Assembly: GCA_965116025.1 (NCBI GenBank)
Contig: OZ220480.1
Location: 576,001 to 640,000 of the forward strand
Direction: 5' to 3'
DNA length: 64,000 nt
Source of the DNA: an uncultured candidatus Porisulfidus sp.
GTDB lineage: Bacteria > Pseudomonadota > Gammaproteobacteria > Poriferisulfidales > Poriferisulfidaceae
Shown: positions 59,293 through 64,000 of the stretch, one piece after another
How the letters are laid out: each line of letters opens with the position of its first letter
How positions within the stretch are numbered: position 1 is the stretch's first letter
Translations under genes and position numbers: made by a program
Notes under the pieces: generated by a model
The model's input: only the letters and a program-made list of their open reading frames with translations
What the model was told of the DNA's origin: nothing
Databases searched by the model: none

Positions 59293-59817
59293 TCATTCGA
59301 ATGGCGGCCAAGCCCACTGCAACAAGGCTTGCCGCTGGCGCGGGCGACAGGATAGGTCGCCGGGCGAGCAGTTCTTCCGGATTTGTCCCGCGTGGCGGGC
59401 GATGCCCTTCCACCGTCGAACCTGGATCGTGTCCACCAATGGATCTCGCCGGCCCAAATAATACCGACAGTACCACTGGAACCAGCCACGCGGATCATCG
59501 CCCAGGATCCAGCCCTTCTCGCGCCAGACTCGCAGCGGTTGCCGAGACTTCAAGCCGAAACGGTTGACTCCGGGGTCCGGCGCCTCGCTCAGTCGCGCGT
59601 CCCGATACCAGCGTGCCGGAAACTCCGCGCGGCAGTCGTTCAGGTATTTTCCCTCGAACACCCCGAGCGCCAGCATCTCGGCTGGCGTGAAGAACGGCGC
59701 GAAGCCCTCGGCGAAATCCCGCCCCTCCGGCGCTTCCAGAAAATACCGGTATCCGGTCTGCATGCTGTCGCTCACGTCGACCCAGACGCCGGGAACGAAC
59801 TTTCTGGTTTCCGTCAT
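59293..59817 (-). CDS. Conserved hypothetical protein
   Basis: TPAEMLALGVFEGKY, W.EKGWI..DDPRGWFQWYCRYYLGRR, RPRQRQALLQWA: a widespread family of unknown function. Confidence 0.8.
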   Translation of the reverse strand: MTETRKFVPGVWVDVSDSMQTGYRYFLEAPEGRDFAEGFAPFFTPAEMLALGVFEGKYLNDCRAEFPARWYRDARLSEAPDPGVNRFGLKSRQPLRVWREKGWILGDDPRGWFQWYCRYYLGRRDPLVDTIQVRRWKGIARHAGQIRKNCSPGDLSCRPRQRQALLQWAWPPFE

Positions 59818-59866
59818 CTCGGAACGTCGGACCCCCGCGCCCAGACGGACGAGCTTGGAGGGGAAA

Positions 59867-60286
59867 TCAGCCGGCGACGCGCAGGGTCACGTCCACGCCG
59901 ACCAGGCTAGAGCCACCAAGCGCCCCGTTGGGCACCCGCACTTGGACTTGGGCGGGATCCAGATCCTCGATCTTTCCGGTATCGATATGGTACAGGTGAT
60001 GGTGCGGCGCCAGGTTGGTGTCGTAGACGCGCGAGCGGTCCCCGAAGTCCAGTTCCTGGAGCAACCCGTTTCGGACGAGCAGGCTCAGAGTGTTATAGAC
60101 CGTGCTGCGAGAGATCGAGGCGTCGCTCGCCCGCGCGCGGCGAAACAGTTCCGCCGCCTCCAAGTGCTGCTCGCGGGCGAACAGGATGGCGCTGATGGCG
60201 ACGCGTTGTCGAGTCGGCCGGATGCCGCGCGCGCGCAACAGCGCCGCCGCCTCGACGCTGGACATCTGAACGGATTCCGGCCTCAT
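59867..60286 (-). CDS. Fur-family regulator (Irr-like)
   Basis: [37 protein letters not shown]. Confidence 0.88.
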   Translation of the reverse strand: MRPESVQMSSVEAAALLRARGIRPTRQRVAISAILFAREQHLEAAELFRRARASDASISRSTVYNTLSLLVRNGLLQELDFGDRSRVYDTNLAPHHHLYHIDTGKIEDLDPAQVQVRVPNGALGGSSLVGVDVTLRVAG

Positions 60287-60392
60287 CTCCTCATTGTATC
60301 CCGATTTCGGCTGGCGCGCGAAGCGCGCGCCGGAGCCTGTCCTACAATACGACGCTCGCGCGCGAGCGCGCGCTCCGGCCCGGCCGCCTTCC

Positions 60393-62366
60393 ATGTCCGC
60401 CTCCTCGACCGACCCTTTCTCCCGCGACCAAGCTTTCCCCGTCCCGGACTCGTTCGCGAAGAGCGCGCTGATCGACCGGGCGAGCTACCTTGAGAGCTAC
60501 CACCGCTCGATCGAGGATCCGGAGGGATTCTGGCGCGAGCACGGCCGAAGAATCGACTGGATCCGGCCTTACACCAAAATCCGCGACGTCTCCTACGACG
60601 CGGCCGACTTGCGGATCCGCTGGTTCCACGACGGAATCCTGAACGCTTGCGGCAACTGCGTGGACCGCCACCTCGAGACGAGGGCGGATCAGGCCGCCAT
60701 CCTTTGGGAAGGCGACGAGCCGGACCAGGATCGGGCCCTCACCTACCGAGAGCTGCACCGGCAGGTTTGCCGGTTCGCCAATGGGCTGAAGGAGGCCGGG
60801 GCTCGGAAAGGGGACCGGATCACCATCTACATGCCAATGATCCCGGAGGCCGTCGTGGCCATGCTGGCGTGCGCCCGGATCGGCGCCGTTCATTCGGTGG
60901 TCTTCGGTGGCTTCTCGCCCGAGGCGCTGGCGGACCGCGTCCGCGATGCCGGCAGCGACATGCTCATCACGGCCGACGAGGGAGTTCGCGGCGGCAAGCG
61001 GATCCCGCTGAAAGCGAACGTGGACCGCGCGGTCGAGCGGTGCCCGGCGGTGCGCCGCGTCATCGTCGCGCGCCATACCGGCGCGGATATTCCGTGGAAC
61101 CAAAGCCGGGATATCTGGTCTCACGATCTCGCCGCGCGGGTTGAGAACGACTGTCCGCTGGAGGAGATGGCGGCGGAGGACCCGCTGTTCATCCTCTACA
61201 CCTCTGGATCGACCGGGAAGCCGAAAGGCATTCTGCATACCACCGGCGGCTATCTGGTCTACGCCTCGATGACCCATCAATACGCGTTCGATTGCCAAGA
61301 CGGCGACGTCCATTGGTGCACGGCGGATATCGGCTGGGTGACCGGGCACAGCTATCTCGTGTACGGTCCGCTGGCCAACGGCGCCACCACGCTGATGTTC
61401 GAGGGCGTGCCGAACTATCCGGACGCCTCCCGGTTCTGGCGGATCTGCGACAAGCACGGGGTCTCCCTGTTCTACACCGCGCCCACGGCCATCCGCGCCC
61501 TGATGCGCGAGGGCGAGGGACCCGTCCGCGCCACCTCCCGAAAAACGCTCCGCGTGCTCGGCACGGTCGGCGAACCGATCAACCCGGAAGCCTGGCGCTT
61601 CTACCACCAAGTCGTCGGCGACGGCCGTTGCCCGGTGGTGGACACTTGGTGGCAAACCGAGACCGGCGGGATCATGATCGCCCCGCTGCCCGGCGCCACG
61701 GACCTGAAGCCAGGCTCCGCGACCCGCCCGTTCTTCGGGATCCGCCCAATCCTGATGAACGCTCGGGGAGAGGAGGTCGAGGGCGCCGGCGAGGGAGACC
61801 TGTGCATCGCGGACAGCTGGCCCGGGCAGATGCGCGCGATCCATGGCGACCGCCAGCGCTTCGTCGACACGTACTTCACCGCCTATCCCGGGCGCTATTT
61901 CACCGGGGACGGGGCGCGCCGCGACGAGGACGGCGACTACTGGATCACCGGCCGCGTCGACGACGTGATCAACGTCTCGGGACACCGCATGGGCACCGCC
62001 GAGGTCGAATCCGCGCTGGTCGCGCATCCCCTCGTGGCGGAGGCCGCGGTGGTGGGCTTCCCCCACGAGATCAAGGGCCAAGGCGTCTACGCCTACGTCA
62101 CGCTGATGGCCGGGCAGGATCCGGACGAGGACCTTCGCGCCGCGCTCCGCGTTTGGGTGGGCGAGCGAATCGGTCCGATCGCGCGGCCGGATTTCGTCCA
62201 GTGGGCCCCGGGGTTGCCGAAGACCCGGTCCGGCAAGATCATGCGCCGCATCCTGCGCAAGATCGCCGCCGACGACCCCACGGATCTGGGCGACACCTCG
62301 ACGCTGGCCGACCCGGCGGTCGTCGACGACCTGATCGAGAGCCGAAGGAATCGGGCCGCCGCGTGA
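60393..62366 (+). CDS. acs: Acetyl-CoA synthetase
   Basis: [47 protein letters not shown]. Confidence 0.97.
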   Translation: MSASSTDPFSRDQAFPVPDSFAKSALIDRASYLESYHRSIEDPEGFWREHGRRIDWIRPYTKIRDVSYDAADLRIRWFHDGILNACGNCVDRHLETRADQAAILWEGDEPDQDRALTYRELHRQVCRFANGLKEAGARKGDRITIYMPMIPEAVVAMLACARIGAVHSVVFGGFSPEALADRVRDAGSDMLITADEGVRGGKRIPLKANVDRAVERCPAVRRVIVARHTGADIPWNQSRDIWSHDLAARVENDCPLEEMAAEDPLFILYTSGSTGKPKGILHTTGGYLVYASMTHQYAFDCQDGDVHWCTADIGWVTGHSYLVYGPLANGATTLMFEGVPNYPDASRFWRICDKHGVSLFYTAPTAIRALMREGEGPVRATSRKTLRVLGTVGEPINPEAWRFYHQVVGDGRCPVVDTWWQTETGGIMIAPLPGATDLKPGSATRPFFGIRPILMNARGEEVEGAGEGDLCIADSWPGQMRAIHGDRQRFVDTYFTAYPGRYFTGDGARRDEDGDYWITGRVDDVINVSGHRMGTAEVESALVAHPLVAEAAVVGFPHEIKGQGVYAYVTLMAGQDPDEDLRAALRVWVGERIGPIARPDFVQWAPGLPKTRSGKIMRRILRKIAADDPTDLGDTSTLADPAVVDDLIESRRNRAAA

Positions 62367-63409
62367 GATCCCCGCTTCTCTCCATCGCCTTAGCCTTGGC
62401 GGCCTTGGCCACGCCGGCTCCCGCGCAGGATCAGGGGCCGCCCGCCACGCTCGTCGTGGTCGAGCCAGCGCGAAACAGGCTCGTGGCTCCCAAGGCGACG
62501 CACAGCGCCACGGTCATCAGTCGCAACGACGCCAGCCTGTCCGGAGAGATCGCCGGGCTCCTGACGTGGGTCGCGGAAGTCGGCGACCGCGTCCGAAAGG
62601 GGGAGAGCGTCGCGCGACTTGACGACACGTTCTTCCAGCAACAAGTGATCGAGGAACGATCCATCATTCAGAGAGAGCGAGCCCGATTCGATTTTCACAC
62701 CCGCCAGGCGGAGCGCCTGGAGAGATTGCTGGCGGAGAACAACGTCGCGCGTAGCCAAGTCGATCAGGAGAGGACGGACCGCTCCGTCGCGCGCAACAAC
62801 ATTCTTTCCGCCCAAGCTCGCTTGGCGCGGGCCGAGGAGCGGCTCCGGCGCGCCAGCGTCCTCGCGCCGTTCGATGGCGTCGTGTCGGAGCGCTGGCTGC
62901 AAGCCGGAGAGTGGGCCGATAACGGAGACCCTATCGCGCGTCTCGTCAGCGTCGACGACTTGGAGATCGAGGTCCACGTCCCGGCCAGCTCCCTTGATCT
63001 CGTGGCGGTCGGCTCCCCGCTGGGCTATACCGACGGAAATGCCTCTGGAACCGGGACGGTGCGCGCGATCGTGCCGGTGGGCGGGGACGTATCCCGGTTG
63101 TACGAGTTGAGAATTTCCGTGTCGGACCCCGCGTTAAGCGCCGGCTCCCTGTTACGGGTCGCCGTGCCAACCGCGCGGGCGCGCGAGGCCGTGATGGTGC
63201 CGCGCGACGCTCTGGTCTTGCGCCGCGAGGGAACGTACGTGTATCGGATCACCCAGGATAACTTGGCCGAGAAGGTCCCGGTCCAGACCGGGGTCGCCGA
63301 GGACCAGGATATCGAAGTCCTCGGCGGAATTCGCGCGGGCGATCCGGTGGTCGTGCGCGGCGGGGAGTACCTGCGCCCCGGGACGCCGGTCCAGGCGAAA
63401 TCCCCGTAG
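62363..63409 (+). CDS. RND efflux periplasmic adaptor (MFP)
   Basis: Signal peptide, [35 protein letters not shown] start overlaps the acs stop. Confidence 0.88.
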   Translation: MRSPLLSIALALAALATPAPAQDQGPPATLVVVEPARNRLVAPKATHSATVISRNDASLSGEIAGLLTWVAEVGDRVRKGESVARLDDTFFQQQVIEERSIIQRERARFDFHTRQAERLERLLAENNVARSQVDQERTDRSVARNNILSAQARLARAEERLRRASVLAPFDGVVSERWLQAGEWADNGDPIARLVSVDDLEIEVHVPASSLDLVAVGSPLGYTDGNASGTGTVRAIVPVGGDVSRLYELRISVSDPALSAGSLLRVAVPTARAREAVMVPRDALVLRREGTYVYRITQDNLAEKVPVQTGVAEDQDIEVLGGIRAGDPVVVRGGEYLRPGTPVQAKSP

Positions 63410-63416
63410 GCGCCGC

Positions 63417-64000
63417 ATGGGCCTGATCCGGCTCGCCCTCGGCAATCCGGTAGCGACGCTGTCCGGGTGCCTGCTCGTCATCCTGTTCGGGTCGGTCACC
63501 CTGACCCATCTCCCGGTCCAGCTCGTCCCCGAGGTGGAGCGGCCCGAGATATCCATCACGACCAATTGGCGCGCCGCCGCCCCGGAGGAGGTCGAGTCCG
63601 AGATCATCGAGCCCCAGGAGAAGCAGCTTCGCGGCCTGCCCGGCGCGAAGGAGCTCCTCTCCGAAGCCAGCACGGGCGTCGGCAAGATCACGATCACCCT
63701 GCAGGTGGGGCAGGACATGGGCCGCGCCCTGATCGAGGTCATCAACCGCCTGAACCGCGTCCCGAGCTATCCCGCGGACGCCGACGAGCCGACGCTCCGC
63801 ATGGCCGGAGGACGCGGTCGCGCCATCGCCTGGTTCATCGTCCGCCCGGGCGAGGGCAACGAGAGGCCGATCGAAAGATATCGGGATTTCATCGAGGATT
63901 TCGTGCAGGCGCGCCTGGAACGCGTTCCCGGCGTGGCGCTCTCCCAAGTGTACGGCGGCGACGAGAACCAGATCCGCATCACGGTCGACCCATACAAGGC
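63417..64000 (+). CDS. RND efflux permease (AcrB family), 5' part
   Basis: Manual translation MGLIRLALGNPVA...LPVQLVPEVERPEISITTNWRAAAPEEVESEIIEPQE. Confidence 0.9.
   Translation, partial: MGLIRLALGNPVATLSGCLLVILFGSVTLTHLPVQLVPEVERPEISITTNWRAAAPEEVESEIIEPQEKQLRGLPGAKELLSEASTGVGKITITLQVGQDMGRALIEVINRLNRVPSYPADADEPTLRMAGGRGRAIAWFIVRPGEGNERPIERYRDFIEDFVQARLERVPGVALSQVYGGDENQIRITVDPYK

Overview
High-GC, probably gammaproteobacterial chromosome segment (taxonomy is inference only). The housekeeping backbone carries pterin/folate genes (folM-like, folK, folB, PCD), tRNA-Leu, a tupBCA tungstate ABC transporter, a polyamine-type ABC transporter with two binding proteins, PduO-type adenosyltransferase, bcp, cysG, a fau1-ftr/fhcD-folD C1 cluster, a TonB receptor, a thiO-like oxidase, a cyclophilin, tRNA-Thr, Fur/Irr, acs and an RND pump. 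Interspersed accessory pieces include several toxin-antitoxin loci, a Fic gene, a ClpP-class protease, IS remnants, a broken LEPR-XLL giant protein and a poly-G-switched autotransporter. The centre (28.7-48.3 kb) is a dcm-res-mod restriction-modification island in which every gene is damaged. The most striking feature is an ~11 kb element (32746-43778) inserted into the last codons of the type III res gene. It has no integrase, replicase, tail genes or clear target duplication. It encodes a minimal phage head module (TerL-HNH-major capsid-portal), a tandem array of four RTX Ca-binding genes (three nearly identical except for one hypervariable loop), a solo IS630-type HTH and a ParB-like/HTH protein. 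Both ends are long, hairpin-dense non-coding tracts, and one terminal hairpin loop repeats the sequence of the insertion site. This looks like an undescribed capsid-forming satellite with variable secreted cargo. All homology calls are from motif recognition, not database searches.
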